A stretch of 61,403 nt of DNA, the filler included, from Actinobacteria bacterium UBA7524 (GTDB lineage: Bacteria > Actinomycetota > Coriobacteriia > Anaerosomatales > UBA912): NCBI GenBank assembly GCA_002478275.1. It is 3 parts of 3 records of this genome, joined end to end, with 100 filler letters (N's around TTAATTAATTAA, not from the genome) between each part and the next. Parts side by side here need not be neighbours in the genome. Positions count along the whole stretch, not along the records: positions 34,287 to 61,403 come from DLMY01000046.1; 2 more parts are not named here. One strand, 5' to 3'. The position numbers and the translations under genes were made by a program. The notes under the pieces were generated by a model. The model was not told where the DNA came from and ran no database searches. It saw nothing but the letters and a program-made list of their open reading frames with translations. Numbering within the stretch: position 1 is the first letter of the stretch; every line of letters starts with the position of its first letter. Shown here in pieces: positions 48,311 to 61,403 of this stretch.

Positions 48311-48927
48311 AGCGAACGCTCGACATCGGCGCATCGCTGCTGGTGCTTGTCATCGGCTGTCCGGTGTTCGTGCTGATCGCCGCGCTGGTCAGGCTCCTCC
48401 TTGGCGCCCCCGTTGTCTTCGCTCAGGACCGTCCCGGCCTCGGCGGACGCACCTTCCGCCTCTACAAGTTCCGCACGATGACCGACGCGCGTGATGCGGA
48501 CGGACAGCCACTGCCGGACGCAGAGAGGCTCACCGGTTTCGGCCGGTTCCTGCGGTCCACCTCCCTCGACGAACTCCCGGAGTTCTGGAACGTGCTCAGA
48601 GGACACATGAGCCTCGTGGGGCCGCGGCCACTGCTGGTGGAGTACCTCGATCGTTACACGCCTGAACAGGCGCGTCGGCATGAGGTACGGCCGGGCATTA
48701 CGGGCCTTGCGCAGGTAAGCGGTCGCAATGAGCTGCCCTGGGAGGAGCGCTTCAAGCTCGACGTGTGGTACGTGGACAATCACTCGCTGTGGCTTGATAT
48801 GAAGATTCTCGGCATGACATTGTGGAAGGCGATCCGGCGGGAGGGTGTGTCGAGTCCCGGGCACGTCACGATGCCGGAGTTCACCGGTCAGCAGAACGAA
48901 GGAGGGCCCCCGTGCGGTTCGTTGTGA
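48307..48927 (+). CDS. Initiating phosphoglycosyltransferase (PglC-like)
   Basis: KFRTM, SLDELP, MSLVGPRP, RPGITGLAQ. Confidence 0.9.
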   Translation: MKRTLDIGASLLVLVIGCPVFVLIAALVRLLLGAPVVFAQDRPGLGGRTFRLYKFRTMTDARDADGQPLPDAERLTGFGRFLRSTSLDELPEFWNVLRGHMSLVGPRPLLVEYLDRYTPEQARRHEVRPGITGLAQVSGRNELPWEERFKLDVWYVDNHSLWLDMKILGMTLWKAIRREGVSSPGHVTMPEFTGQQNEGGPPCGSL

Positions 48928-49517
48928 TGGGCGCCGGCGGCCATTCCCGTGAGGCGGCCGACCTGGTGGCGGCCTGTGGACATGAGGTTGCCGGCTTCAC
49001 CGACGACGCGCTGACTGGCATGCATCGCCCCACCGGGCTGGCGATCTCCGCCGATCTTGCCTCCATCGAGGCCGATGCGGTCACGGTCGCGGTGGGCGGC
49101 CCGGAGTCGCGGGCACGCCTCTTCGAGCGCGCACAGGGGCGGCCGATGCCCGCACTGGTGCACCCTTCGGCGTGTGTGAGCCCACATGCGGTGATCGGCG
49201 ATGGCGTGCAGATCATGCAGAACGTGGTCGTGAGCGCCGCGGCTACGATCGGGCCCAACGCGATCCTCAACGTGGGGTGCTTCGTGGCGCACGACTGTCG
49301 CGTGGGCGCACACACGCACGTGGCGCCGGGTGTGCTCATGAGCGGCGAATCGTCGGTGGGGGAACGGTGCACCATCGGCGCCGGGGCGATCCTGCTTCCG
49401 GGCGTGCATGTGGACAACGCCTGCACTGTGGGCGCCGGGGCCGTGGTAACCGCCGACGTTGCCAGCGGGGAGACCGTGGTAGGCGTGCCTGCCCGGCCTC
49501 TCGGAGACACCCGATGA
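48912..49517 (+). CDS. Sugar N-acetyltransferase (PglD/NeuD-like)
   Basis: GAGGH, hexapeptide repeats, VAHDC, GVPARP. Confidence 0.85.
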   Translation: MRFVVMGAGGHSREAADLVAACGHEVAGFTDDALTGMHRPTGLAISADLASIEADAVTVAVGGPESRARLFERAQGRPMPALVHPSACVSPHAVIGDGVQIMQNVVVSAAATIGPNAILNVGCFVAHDCRVGAHTHVAPGVLMSGESSVGERCTIGAGAILLPGVHVDNACTVGAGAVVTADVASGETVVGVPARPLGDTR

Positions 49518-50686
49518 TCAGGTGGCCTGTCTTCGCCGATGACGAGCGCGCCGCAGTCGAGCAGGTGCTCGCCTCCGGTCGTGTGAACTACTGGACCGGG
49601 AACGAGGGCCGGGCCTTCGAGCAGGAGTTCGCGGCGTTCACAGGAGCTCGCCACGCCGTTGCTCTCGCGAACGGCACCGTGGCGCTCGAACTTGCGCTGC
49701 ATGCCCTCGGCGTTGGCCGCGGTGACGACGTGATCGTCCCGGCGCGGACGTTCGTGGGGACCGCAACCGCGGTGGTCGCACGTGGGGCCCGGCCGGTGGT
49801 TGCTGATGTTGACCGCGTCTCCGGCAATCTCACCGCGGACACGATCGAGGCTGCGCTCACTGAGCACACGCGCTGCGTGATCCCGGTCCATGTCGGCGGC
49901 TGGCCGTGCGACATGGACGCGATCATGGCGCTCGCGGATGCGCGGGGTCTGTACGTGATCGAGGACTGCGCTCAGGCACACGGTGCCCGCTGGAACGGGC
50001 GGCACGTGGGCACCTTGGGTCACGTCGGTGCCTTCTCGTTCTGCCAGGACAAGATCATGACCACGGCCGGCGAGGGCGGGCTGCTCGTCACCGACGATGA
50101 CGAACTGTACCGCCGGGCCTGGGAGTACAAGGATCACGGCCGGAGCGCGGATGCGATGGAGCGGGCCGCTGCCCAGGGCGGCTACGAGTTCAAGTACGTG
50201 GTCGAGTCCTTCGGCACGAACTGGCGCATGACCGAAGTCCAGGCCGCGATCGGGCGCGTGCAGCTCGGCAAGCTGGATTCGTGGGTGGAGACGCGACGAC
50301 GCAACGCCGCCGTGCTCGACACGGAGCTCACCACCGTTCCCGGCCTGCGCCTCGTGGTTCCTGAACGGCAGGCGCATCACGCCTACTACAAGTACTATGC
50401 ATACCTTGAGTTGGGTGCGCTCGATGCGGGCTGGTCGCGTGCGCGCGTGCTCGATGAGGTGAACGCCCGGGGTGTGGCCTGCCTGCAGGGCGTTTGCGGT
50501 GAGATCTACCGCGAGCGTGCGTTCGTTTCTGCCGGCTGGGCACCCACCGACCGGCTGCCGGTGGCTGCGGAGCTGGCCGATTCGGCGATAATGCTCTTGG
50601 TCGACCCCACACTCGATGAGGCTGACATGACAAAGGCGGCAGACGTGCTTCGGGCAGTGATGACGGAGGCAACCGGTGGAGCCTGA
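49514..50686 (+). CDS. DegT/DnrJ-family sugar aminotransferase
   Basis: NGTVALEL, IEDCAQAHG, SFCQDKIMTT. Confidence 0.9.
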   Translation: MIRWPVFADDERAAVEQVLASGRVNYWTGNEGRAFEQEFAAFTGARHAVALANGTVALELALHALGVGRGDDVIVPARTFVGTATAVVARGARPVVADVDRVSGNLTADTIEAALTEHTRCVIPVHVGGWPCDMDAIMALADARGLYVIEDCAQAHGARWNGRHVGTLGHVGAFSFCQDKIMTTAGEGGLLVTDDDELYRRAWEYKDHGRSADAMERAAAQGGYEFKYVVESFGTNWRMTEVQAAIGRVQLGKLDSWVETRRRNAAVLDTELTTVPGLRLVVPERQAHHAYYKYYAYLELGALDAGWSRARVLDEVNARGVACLQGVCGEIYRERAFVSAGWAPTDRLPVAAELADSAIMLLVDPTLDEADMTKAADVLRAVMTEATGGA

Positions 50687-52615
50687 TCTCCTGGTAGACC
50701 CTGCCGAGGAGGCCAACGGGCCCTGGATTCGTCTGAAGCGCCTGTTCTATGAATCCCATCCCGTGCAGGTCGCCGGGATGATGCTCGCGGATGCCGTGAT
50801 CGTGATCATGGCGCTGTTCCTCGCGTACTTCGCCCGGTTCGAGGGCGAGGTGCCGCACGAGTTCCTGCAGTACACGGTGCCCGCGATGCTGGTGACGATC
50901 GCGGTGTTCGTGGTGGCGCTGTGGTTCTCGGGTCTCTATCACATCGTGCTCCGCTACGTAGGCATCCAGGTGATGGGCCGCCTCACCGTTGCCGTCGCCT
51001 CGGCGCTGCTAGTGCTGGGAGTCGCGGACTACGTCCTCGGCAACGTTCTTGAAGGTCGTCCCGTTCCCTTCGGCGTACTCATCGCCACCAGCGCCTTCGC
51101 GTTCGTGGGCCTCGCGGCGCTGCGCAGCGTCGGCCGCCTGTGGGTCGTGATGACCGGCGCGGGTCGCAGGGGCGACCATCGCGTGCTCATCGTGGGTGCG
51201 GGCGACGCGGGCTCGCTCCTGCTGCGCGACATCGAGACGCAGCCGCAGCTCGGCTACAACGTGATCGGCTTCCTCGACGACCACCGCGCGAAGATCGGCC
51301 TCAAGGTCCGCAGCGCCGAAGTCCTTGGCGCCATCGGCGACCTCCCCGAGATCGTCGAGCGCGAGCGCGTGGACGAGATCCTCGTGGCCATTCCGTCGAT
51401 GGGCTCCGACCGCCGCCGCGAGATCCTCGAGCTCTGCACTTCGGCAGGGGTGCCCACACGCATGATCACCGGCATCGCAGCCGACGCCGTCTCGGCAGGT
51501 CTCGGCCAGCTGCGCCCTGTGGAGATCGACGACCTGCTCGGCCGGGAGCCCAATGAGATCGACGTGCAGCTCATCAGCGAGACGCTCACCGGGCGTGTGG
51601 TTGCTGTCACCGGTGCGGCAGGGTCGATCGGCTCGGAGCTGTGCCGCCAGATCATGAAGATGCGCCCGTCGAAGCTGGTGCTGATCGAGATGGACGAGTC
51701 GCGCCTCTACGAGCTCTATCTCGAGCTGCAGGAGGTGCATCCGGGCGTGGCGGTGATGCGCATCTGCGACGTGCGCGACGACCGCAAGCTGCGCACGGTC
51801 TTCACCGACGAGCGGCCGCAGGTGGTGTTCCACGCCGCTGCGTACAAGCACGTGCCGCTGATGGAGGACGAGCCGGACGAGGCCATCCGCGCTAACGTGG
51901 GCGGCACGATGAACGTGCTGCACGTGTGTGAGCTGACCGGCGTGGAGCGCTTCGTCCTCATCTCAACGGACAAGGCGGTCCAGCCGCGCAACGTCATGGG
52001 CGCCACCAAGGCCGTGGCCGAGTTGCTGATGGTCGCCGCGGCGCGCAGCGGCATGAAGGCCGTGGCCGTGCGCTTTGGCAACGTGCTCGGGAGTCGCGGC
52101 AGCGTGATCCCCATCTTTGAGGAACAGCTCAAGCGCGGCGGTCCGATGCGGGTGACGCATCCGGAGGTCACGCGCTACTTCATGACGATCCCCGAGGCCG
52201 CGCGGCTCGTGTTGCAGGCGCAGGCGATGTGCGAGGGCGGAGACATCTTCGTGCTCGATATGGGCGAGCCGGTCCGCATCGTGGACCTCGCGCAGCGCAT
52301 GATGGTGTTGAGCGGCGTGCACACGCACATCGAGTACGCAGGCCTGCGGCCCGGCGAGAAGCTCCACGAGATCCTCGTGCACGGCGACGGCGAGTTGCTC
52401 GAGACCGACTGTGCCGCGGTCACGCGCCTGAACGCGCTCCCGCGCCTTGCGCCGGACTTCCAGGACCGGTTGCTCGATCTCGTGAAACTCGCGCGGATCG
52501 GCGGCAGCCCCGACATCAAAGACCTGCTCTGTGACCTGGCGGGCGCCCGGCTCGACGGCGGAGACGGCATGTGTGGCACAGCCGACGCACAGCCGGACGG
52601 AAGGGACGGAACGAC

Positions 52616-52619
<4 letters not shown>
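50676..52619 (+). CDS. Membrane-bound nucleotide-sugar 4,6-dehydratase (PglF/CapD)
   Basis: Four N-terminal TM helices, [30 protein letters not shown]. Confidence 0.9.
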
Positions 52620-54692
<2,073 letters not shown>

Positions 54693-54755
54693 CGCCGCGA
54701 TCGGCACACTGATGACGATGGCCGCGACGCGACGGCCAGAGGAGAGAGGCGCTTC

Positions 54756-56056
54756 ATGCAAGTCACGGTCATCGGCGCGGGCTACGTGGGGCTGGTTGCG
54801 GCGGTGTGTCTGGCGCGCTCGGGCCACTCGGTCACGTGTGTGGACATCGACCCGTCGCGCGTTGCCGGGCTGAACGCGGGCGTGTCGCCGATCCATGAGC
54901 CGGGCATCGAGGCGCTGATCGCCGAAGGGCTCGCCAGCGGCCGCCTGACGTTCACCACGCCCGACCCCGGATGGGCATCGCTCATCTCGGAGATCACCAT
55001 CGTGGCCGTCGGGACGCCGATGGCCGACAACGGCGCGGCGGACCTGTCGCAGGTGCGCGAAGTGGTGCGGGCGCTCAGCCAGGCCGCCACGCGGCCGTTC
55101 ACGCTTGTGATGAAGTCCACGGTCGCTGTGGGGACGGGCGCTGCGCTGATCGAGCGGTACCTCTCGCGTGCGGCTGCGGAGATCCGCTACGTGTCCAACC
55201 CGGAGTTCCTCCGAGAGGGGAGAGCGCTCGACGACTGGTACGCCACTGACCGGATCGTCCTGGGCGCCGCGGACCCCGCCGACCTTGCGCCGCTGCGCGA
55301 GCTGTACGCCGACATCGACGCGCCGGTGCTTGAGACCGATATCGCCAGCGCCGAGACGATCAAGTACGCCTCCAACGCCTTTCTCTCCACGAAGATCTCG
55401 TTCATCAACGAGATCGCCAACCTGTGTGACGCCGTGGGGGCCGACATCGACGACGTGGCGCGGGGCATCGGCCTGGATGTGCGGATCAGTCCGCACTTCC
55501 TGCACGCAGGGATCGGCTACGGCGGCTCGTGCTTCCCCAAAGACACCCGGGCGCTCGAGTTCATCGCCGCGATCAACGGGTATCAGTTCTCGCTCCTGAA
55601 GGCCGTCATCGACGTCAACAACCGCCAGCGTCTCCTGCCGGTCATCCGGCTGGCGCGCGCCCTGCCGGACCTCGACCGCCGGAAGGTCGCCGTGCTCGGC
55701 CTGGCGTTCAAGCCGCAGACCGACGACGTGCGCGAGGCGCCGGCATTCGACATCATGCCGCTGCTGCTTGAGGAGGGCGCCGAGGTGGCGGCATACGATC
55801 CGCTTGCCCGGGCGGTGCCGTTGCCGGCGGGCGCGACTCGTCGCGACACCGTCTGGGAGGCGCTCGAGGGTGCCTCGGCGGCGATCATCACCACCGAGTG
55901 GCCGAGTTCTGCCAGCTGGATTGGGAGCGCGTGCGCGGCGTGATGGCCGATCCCGCAATCGTCTACGACGGACGCAACTGCCTCGTGCCCGCCGACGTGG
56001 AGGCTGCGGGACTGACGTACATGGCCATCGGCCGGCCGGGGGCGCACAGGGCGTAG
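54756..56056 (+). CDS. ugd: UDP-glucose 6-dehydrogenase with a 1-nt frameshift near 55903
   Basis: GAGYVG, NPEFLREG, GYGGSCFPKD; C-terminus EFCQLDW...DGRN continues in another frame to TAG at 56056. Confidence 0.88.
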
Positions 56057-56260
56057 GGGTTGCCTGATTGTATCCCTCCGGCACAAAGGCGCGCTGCGGT
56101 TCTGGCGCATGTCGGTGCCATTCGCTATCCTGACGGAAACGAAATGGCAACACGTACACCGCATCATTGAACCGCTGGAACGTGGTAAGGGGTCGATGCG
56201 CGGAGCCGGCGTTCTCCATCCGCCGCATCACGACTCACGACAACGACGGAGGGTGATGGA

Positions 56261-57478
56261 ATGAAACGGTTGGCAAGTCTGCTGGTTCTCGTACTGATGC
56301 TCGCACTTGTGGTGCCCGGCTGCGGTCCGGCCGACGATGGCGCCACGGACGGCGACACCGATGGTGGCGCTGTCGCCGGTGACGAGATCATCATCGGCGC
56401 GGCCCTGTGCCAGACCGGCATCCAGGCCCCGCTGGACGAGCCCGCGCTTCGTGGCGCGCAGCTCGCGATCGATGACCTGAACGCCGCTGGCGGCATCCTC
56501 GGCAAGCCGGTCAAGCTCGTTGCCATGGACGGCAAGAGCGACCCGGTGACGGTGGGTAACGTGGCCAAGCAGCTCGTCGAGGAGGGCGCGGCCGCGATCA
56601 TTGCCCCCTCGGACTTCGACTTCGGCGGCCCCGCCTCCCGCGAGGCCCAGAAGGCCGGTATCGTCGGCATCTCGCCGTGCGCCTCATCGCCGCTGTACGG
56701 CTCGGCCGCTCTCGGCGACAAGCAGTTCACCATGTCCATGTGGAACACCACGATGGGCGCCGTGACCGCCGAGTACGCGTACAACGAGAAGGGGTGGCGT
56801 ACGACGTACGTCATCACCGACGACTTCATCGACTACACCAAGAGCCTGTCGCGCTACTTCATCGCTCACTTCGAGACCCTCGGCGGCGAGGTCTACCGCG
56901 AGGATATGTACACCCAGGGTCAGCAGGACATCTCGGCGCAGCTCGCCCGCATCAAGGCGCTCCCCGAGCAGCCCGACTTCATCTACATCTCGTCGTACAT
57001 GCCTGACCTTGCGCTCATGATCCGCACCCTGCGCGAGTCCGGCGTCACCGTGCCGATCGTCGGTGGCGACGCGTACGACGATCCGGGCCTGTTCGAGGCG
57101 CTCGGCGAGGAGTACGGCAGCGACATCTACTTCGACACCCACGGCTTCCTCTCCGATGAGGCCAACCCCGAGTTCTCCGCGTGGGCCGAGCGCTACGAGG
57201 CCAAGTTCGGCGCCGCTCCTGACGCTGTCTGGATCATGCCCGGCTATGACGTTGTGATGCTGCTCGCCGAGGCCATGGAGATCGCCGGCACCACCGACGG
57301 CGCCGCCGTTGCCAAGGCCATGGAGGAGAACACGTTCGAGCTGTTCACCGGTACGCTGGATTGGTCTGACGCCGCCTCCGGTCACGAGCCCAACAAGGCT
57401 GCGGCCATGGTCGAGCTCATCAAGGGCGAGCCGAAGTTCCTGGGCTGGGTCATCCCCGACAGCATCCCGGTTCCGTAA
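56261..57478 (+). CDS. Branched-chain amino acid-type ABC substrate-binding lipoprotein
   Basis: Lipobox VPGC, LAIDDLNAAGGILGKPV. Confidence 0.88.
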   Translation: MKRLASLLVLVLMLALVVPGCGPADDGATDGDTDGGAVAGDEIIIGAALCQTGIQAPLDEPALRGAQLAIDDLNAAGGILGKPVKLVAMDGKSDPVTVGNVAKQLVEEGAAAIIAPSDFDFGGPASREAQKAGIVGISPCASSPLYGSAALGDKQFTMSMWNTTMGAVTAEYAYNEKGWRTTYVITDDFIDYTKSLSRYFIAHFETLGGEVYREDMYTQGQQDISAQLARIKALPEQPDFIYISSYMPDLALMIRTLRESGVTVPIVGGDAYDDPGLFEALGEEYGSDIYFDTHGFLSDEANPEFSAWAERYEAKFGAAPDAVWIMPGYDVVMLLAEAMEIAGTTDGAAVAKAMEENTFELFTGTLDWSDAASGHEPNKAAAMVELIKGEPKFLGWVIPDSIPVP

Positions 57479-57509
57479 CAACCCGCACCACCTTGACCTG
57501 CAAGCGCAT

Positions 57510-57539
57510 GGGGGAGGGTCCGGATTCGGACTCTCCCCC
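57510..57539 (+). terminator. Hairpin after the binding-protein gene
   Basis: GGGGGAGGGTCCG-GATT-CGGACTCTCCCCC. Confidence 0.6.
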
Positions 57540-57590
57540 GGTGCTGCCGGCAGTACGGACCGCGTGACGACCGGCACGGGAGATAACCGC

Positions 57591-58493
57591 ATGGAACCGC
57601 GCGACGAGAAGCGCACGAGCGTTCTTGAGATCCGCAATCTCTGCAAGTCGTTCGCCGGCCTCAANNNNNNNNNNNNNNNNNNNNNNNNNNNNNNNNNNNN
57701 NNNNNNNNNNNNNNNNNNNNNNNNNNNNNNNNNNNNNNNNNNNNNNNNNNNNNNNNNNNNNNNNNNNNNNNNNNNNNNNNNNNNNNNNNNNNNNNNNNNN
57801 NNNNNNNNNNNNNNNNNNNNNNNNNNNNTCGACGACGTCAGTTTCAGCCTCGCAACCGGGGAGATCCTCGGCCTGATCGGCCCCAACGGCTCCGGGAAGA
57901 CCACGCTGATCAACGTGGTGACCGGCCTGCTGCCATCAACCGGCGGACAGGTGATCGTTGATGGGGTGGACACCACCAAGAAGCCGCCGCACCGCGTAGC
58001 GCGCGCCGGCCTCGCGCGTACGTTCCAGACGATCAGGCTGTTCAAGGAACTCACCGTGCTTGAGAACGTCGAGGTCGGCGCCGTGAGTCAGGGCATGTCG
58101 CGACGCGCGGCGGTCCACGTGGCGCGCGGGCTGCTCGATGAGTTCGGTTTGAGTGAGTGGGGTTCGCGCCTGGCCGCCGAGGTCCCCTTCGGCCATCAGC
58201 GCAAGCTCGAGATCGCCCGCGCGCTCGCGATGCAGCCCAAGTTCCTGCTCCTCGATGAGCCCGCCGCGGGCCTGAACGAAGAGGAGAGCGACCTGCTCCT
58301 CGACCTGCTGCGAGGAATCCCCGCCGCCAAGCACGTGGGGCTGCTCATCGTCGAGCACGACATGCGGCTGATGATGAACCTCTGCGCACGGCTGCACGTG
58401 CTCAACTACGGGCGCACCATCGCCGAGGGCACGCCCGCCGAGGTCCGGTCCAATCCCGAGGTCGTCACGGCGTACCTCGGCTCGACGGCGTAA
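57591..58493 (+). CDS. livG: LivG-type ABC ATPase (gapped)
   Basis: GPNGSGKT, RTFQ, LLDEPAAG, VEHDM. Confidence 0.85.
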   Translation: MEPRDEKRTSVLEIRNLCKSFAGLXXXXXXXXXXXXXXXXXXXXXXXXXXXXXXXXXXXXXXXXXXXXXXXXXXXXXXXXDDVSFSLATGEILGLIGPNGSGKTTLINVVTGLLPSTGGQVIVDGVDTTKKPPHRVARAGLARTFQTIRLFKELTVLENVEVGAVSQGMSRRAAVHVARGLLDEFGLSEWGSRLAAEVPFGHQRKLEIARALAMQPKFLLLDEPAAGLNEEESDLLLDLLRGIPAAKHVGLLIVEHDMRLMMNLCARLHVLNYGRTIAEGTPAEVRSNPEVVTAYLGSTA

Positions 58494-58503
58494 GGAGGCG
58501 CGC

Positions 58504-59238
58504 ATGCTCACAGTCGCCGACCTGTACGCCTCCTACGGAGCGATCCGAGCGGTCCGCGACATCTCGCTCGAGGTCAACGAGGGCGAGCTGGTGGCGCTTC
58601 TTGGCGTCAACGGCGCGGGGAAGTCCACCACCCTCAAGGCCATCTCCGGCGTGCTGCGCCCCATCCAGGGCTCGGTGCGGTTCCTCGGCGAGGAGATCGG
58701 CAACCGCAAGCCGGAGGCCATCGTCAAGCGCGGCATCTCGCTCGTGCCCGAGGGGCGCGAGATCTTCGGCGGGCTGACGGTGGAGGAGAACCTGCGCCTC
58801 GGCGCGTTCTCGTCGTTCGACCGCGGACGCTACAAAGCCGACCTTGAGGAGATGTTCGCGCTCTTCCCGATCCTGAAGGAGCGCTTCCACCAGGCCGGCG
58901 GCCTGCTCTCGGGCGGCGAGCAGCAGATGCTCGCCATCGCCCGGGCGCTCATGAGCCACCCGAAGCTGCTCATGCTCGACGAGCCCTCGCTCGGCCTGTC
59001 GCCGGCGATGACCGATCAGATCTTCGAGCTGATCGTGGCGCTCAAGGAGCGCGGCACGACGATCCTCCTTGTTGAGCAGAACGCCGAGCGAGCGCTTGAG
59101 ATCGTGGACCGTGCGTATCTGCTCGCAACCGGGTCGCTCGAGTTCGCCGGCACGCCCGAGGAGATGAAGCGCAAGGTGGACCTCACCTCGGTCTACCTCG
59201 GCGGAGACGAAGACGAGCCCTGCGAGGTGCACCTGTGA
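58504..59238 (+). CDS. livF: LivF-type ABC ATPase
   Basis: GVNGAGKS, VPEGREIF, LSGGEQQM, DEPSLGL. Confidence 0.9.
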   Translation: MLTVADLYASYGAIRAVRDISLEVNEGELVALLGVNGAGKSTTLKAISGVLRPIQGSVRFLGEEIGNRKPEAIVKRGISLVPEGREIFGGLTVEENLRLGAFSSFDRGRYKADLEEMFALFPILKERFHQAGGLLSGGEQQMLAIARALMSHPKLLMLDEPSLGLSPAMTDQIFELIVALKERGTTILLVEQNAERALEIVDRAYLLATGSLEFAGTPEEMKRKVDLTSVYLGGDEDEPCEVHL

Positions 59239-60128
59239 TCGATCTCGAGTTCGCGATCAACACCATCAGCCTGGGCAGCCTGTACGCGCTGCTCGCGCTC
59301 GGCCTCGTGTTTGTGTACGGCATCCTGAAGCTGGTCAACTTCGCCTACGGCGAGTACATCATGATCGCCGGCTACGCCATGTACGTGCTGGGCGGCTTCG
59401 GCTACATCCCGTGGTACGTCACGATGATCGCCGCGGTGCTGTTTGCGGCGCTGGTGAGCTACACCACCGAGCTCGTCGCGTTCCGTCCGGTCCGCACCAA
59501 GTCGATGACCGCCATGCTGGTCACCTCGTTCGCGGTGAGCATCTTCTTGCAGAACCTCGTGCTCATCCCCGTCTCGCCGCGCGCGCGAGCCGTGAAGTTC
59601 CCCGCGATCTTCTCGCACACGCTGACGGTCGCGGGCGCCACGGTGCCGGTGCGCAACGTCCTCATCATCGGCACGACCGTGCTGCTGCTTGCCGGACTGA
59701 CGCTGCTGATGAAGAAGACCGTGCTCGGGATCGCCATGCGTGCGGCGGCCGACAAGTTCACCACCACGCGGCTGATGGGCGTGCCCGCCAACCTGGTCAT
59801 CTCGGCGACCTTCATCATCTCCGGCTTCCTCGCCGGTGTCGTGTCGGTCTTCTGGGTGAGCCGCTCGGCGTCGGTCGATCCGCTCACCGGGTCGATGCCG
59901 CTGCTCATCGCGTTCATCGCCACGGTGCTCGGCGGCATGCACAGCCTGCAAGGCGCGGTCATCGGCGGGTTCGTGTACGGCCTGCTGTTCAACGTGCTGA
60001 GCATCACGCTGCCCGTGTCGATGATCAGCTACCGTGACGCGATCATGTTCGTGATCGTGATCCTCTTCCTGCTGTTCAGGCCCGAGGGCATCTGGCGCAA
60101 GGGCTACACCGAGGAGCGTGTCGGATGA
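59235..60128 (+). CDS. livH: LivH-type ABC permease
   Basis: GSLYALLALGL, VNFAYGE, LFRPEG. Confidence 0.88.
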   Translation: MIDLEFAINTISLGSLYALLALGLVFVYGILKLVNFAYGEYIMIAGYAMYVLGGFGYIPWYVTMIAAVLFAALVSYTTELVAFRPVRTKSMTAMLVTSFAVSIFLQNLVLIPVSPRARAVKFPAIFSHTLTVAGATVPVRNVLIIGTTVLLLAGLTLLMKKTVLGIAMRAAADKFTTTRLMGVPANLVISATFIISGFLAGVVSVFWVSRSASVDPLTGSMPLLIAFIATVLGGMHSLQGAVIGGFVYGLLFNVLSITLPVSMISYRDAIMFVIVILFLLFRPEGIWRKGYTEERVG

Positions 60129-61334
60129 CGGGAGCCGGCTCTGTGTCTGAACTGATGAAGCGGCAATCCACGCTGGCGATCCTGCTCGTGCCGCTGGTGG
60201 GCGTCGGCCTGCTCGTGAACGTCTTCGGGACGTCGCTGCAGGTCAACATCTACACGTACTTCTGCGTGAACCTGATGATCGTGCTCGGGCTGCAGATCTT
60301 CATGGGCAACTCGGGCATCCTGGCCTGGACGCACGTCGGGTGGATGGGCATCGGCGCGTATGTGTCTGGCATCCTGTCGATGGCGCCGATGGTCAAGAGC
60401 CTCGGCGTGCCCAACATGTATCCCGTACTCGTGCAACTGCAGATGCCGCACCCGCTGATCGCCATCGCCATCGGGGGCGTGGTCGCCGCGCTGGTGGCAG
60501 CGGTGGTGGCATGGCCGCTCATGCGGCTGTCCGACGCGGCGGGCGTCATCACGCTGTTCGCCACGCTGATCGTCATGCATGTGGTGATGACCCAGTGGGA
60601 CAACGTGACCAACGGCCCGCGGACCTTCTTCGGCCTGGAGGAGTTCACCACGCTGCCCGTGGCGCTCATCGGCGCGGTGCTCGTGCTGCTCGTTGCGCGC
60701 TGGTACCGCGAGTCCTCGCTCGGCTTGCGGCTCCGCGCGTCGCGCGACGACCGGTACGCGGCCGCCGCCATCGGCGTGAGCGTCGTGCAGGTGCGCTACA
60801 TCTCCTTCGTGCTCTCGGCGCTGGTGGCCGGGCTTGCCGGTGGTGTCTGGGCCCACTTCATCACGTCGTTCCAGCCCAANNNNNNNNNNNNNNNNNNNNN
60901 NNNNNNNNNNNNNNNNNNNNNNNNNNNNNNNNNNNNNNNNNNNNNNNNNNNNNNNNNNNNNNNNNNNNNNNNNNNNNNNNNNNNNNNNNNNNNNNNNNNN
61001 NNNNNNNNNNNNNNNNNNNNNNNNNNNNNNNNNNNNNNNNNNNNNNNNNNNNNNNNNNNNNNNNNNNNNNNNNNNNNNNNNNNNNNNNNNNNNNNNNNNN
61101 NNNNNNNNNNNNNNNNNNNNNNNNNNNNNNNNNNNNNNNNNNNNNNNNNNNNNNNNNNNNNNNNNNNNNNNNGAGGTCTACGGCCTGACCGAGCTGGTGA
61201 TGGCCGTGCTCATGGTCGTGGTGCTCATCTGGCGACCTAACGGTGTCATCGGCGGTCAGGAGATCACCTGGCCGCTGTTCAAGAGGAAGAGGGGCGTGCC
61301 GGCAGCCGAGACCGACTCGGCGCGCGCCGCCTGA
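60125..61334 (+). CDS. livM: LivM-type ABC permease (gapped)
   Basis: GIGAY, GLRLRASRDD, WRPNG after the gap. Confidence 0.85.
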
Positions 61335-61367
61335 ACGTGATCAGCCGCCCAACGAGGAGGTTTCGTC

Positions 61368-61403
61368 ATGGCAAATGAACTCACCCGGGACAAGGCGTTC
61401 TTC
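61368..61403 (+). CDS. Start of the next gene (truncated by the window)
   Basis: GAGGAGG RBS then ATG, MANELTRDKAFF. Confidence 0.5.
   Translation, partial: MANELTRDKAFF

Overview
High-GC DNA from an anaerobe (probably Actinomycetota/Coriobacteriia-like; taxonomy is inference). It is three separate contigs joined by artificial N-TTAATTAATTAA-N linkers: 1-18050, 18151-34186 and 34287-61403. Contig 1 holds the main result: a ~14 kb minus-strand gene run in which the mercury-methylation genes hgcA-hgcB sit inside a complete nine-gene SAO (selenocysteine-assisted organometallic) locus (saoT-E-C-X-B-P-A-L...saoD). The contig also carries four double-cubane/2-hydroxyacyl-CoA-dehydratase-family Fe-S proteins and two ATP-dependent activator domains. 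The MerB-like lyase SaoL reads through an in-frame UGA (Cys-Sec) followed by a SECIS-like hairpin, which the ORF track misses. The block is bounded by IS3-type ends, tandem 12-bp repeats, an AbiE locus and a tRNA 3' end, so it looks like a genomic island. Contig 2 carries purD, a fluoride riboswitch-crcB unit, cspA, an orphan adenine methylase, lysA, hemerythrin and arr. It ends in an integron gene-cassette array: five whole attC sites plus relic half-sites, a toxin-antitoxin cassette and an RxxxxH (HEPN-like) cassette, with no intI visible. Contig 3 is a Wzx/Wzy surface-polysaccharide locus followed by a Liv-type ABC transporter.
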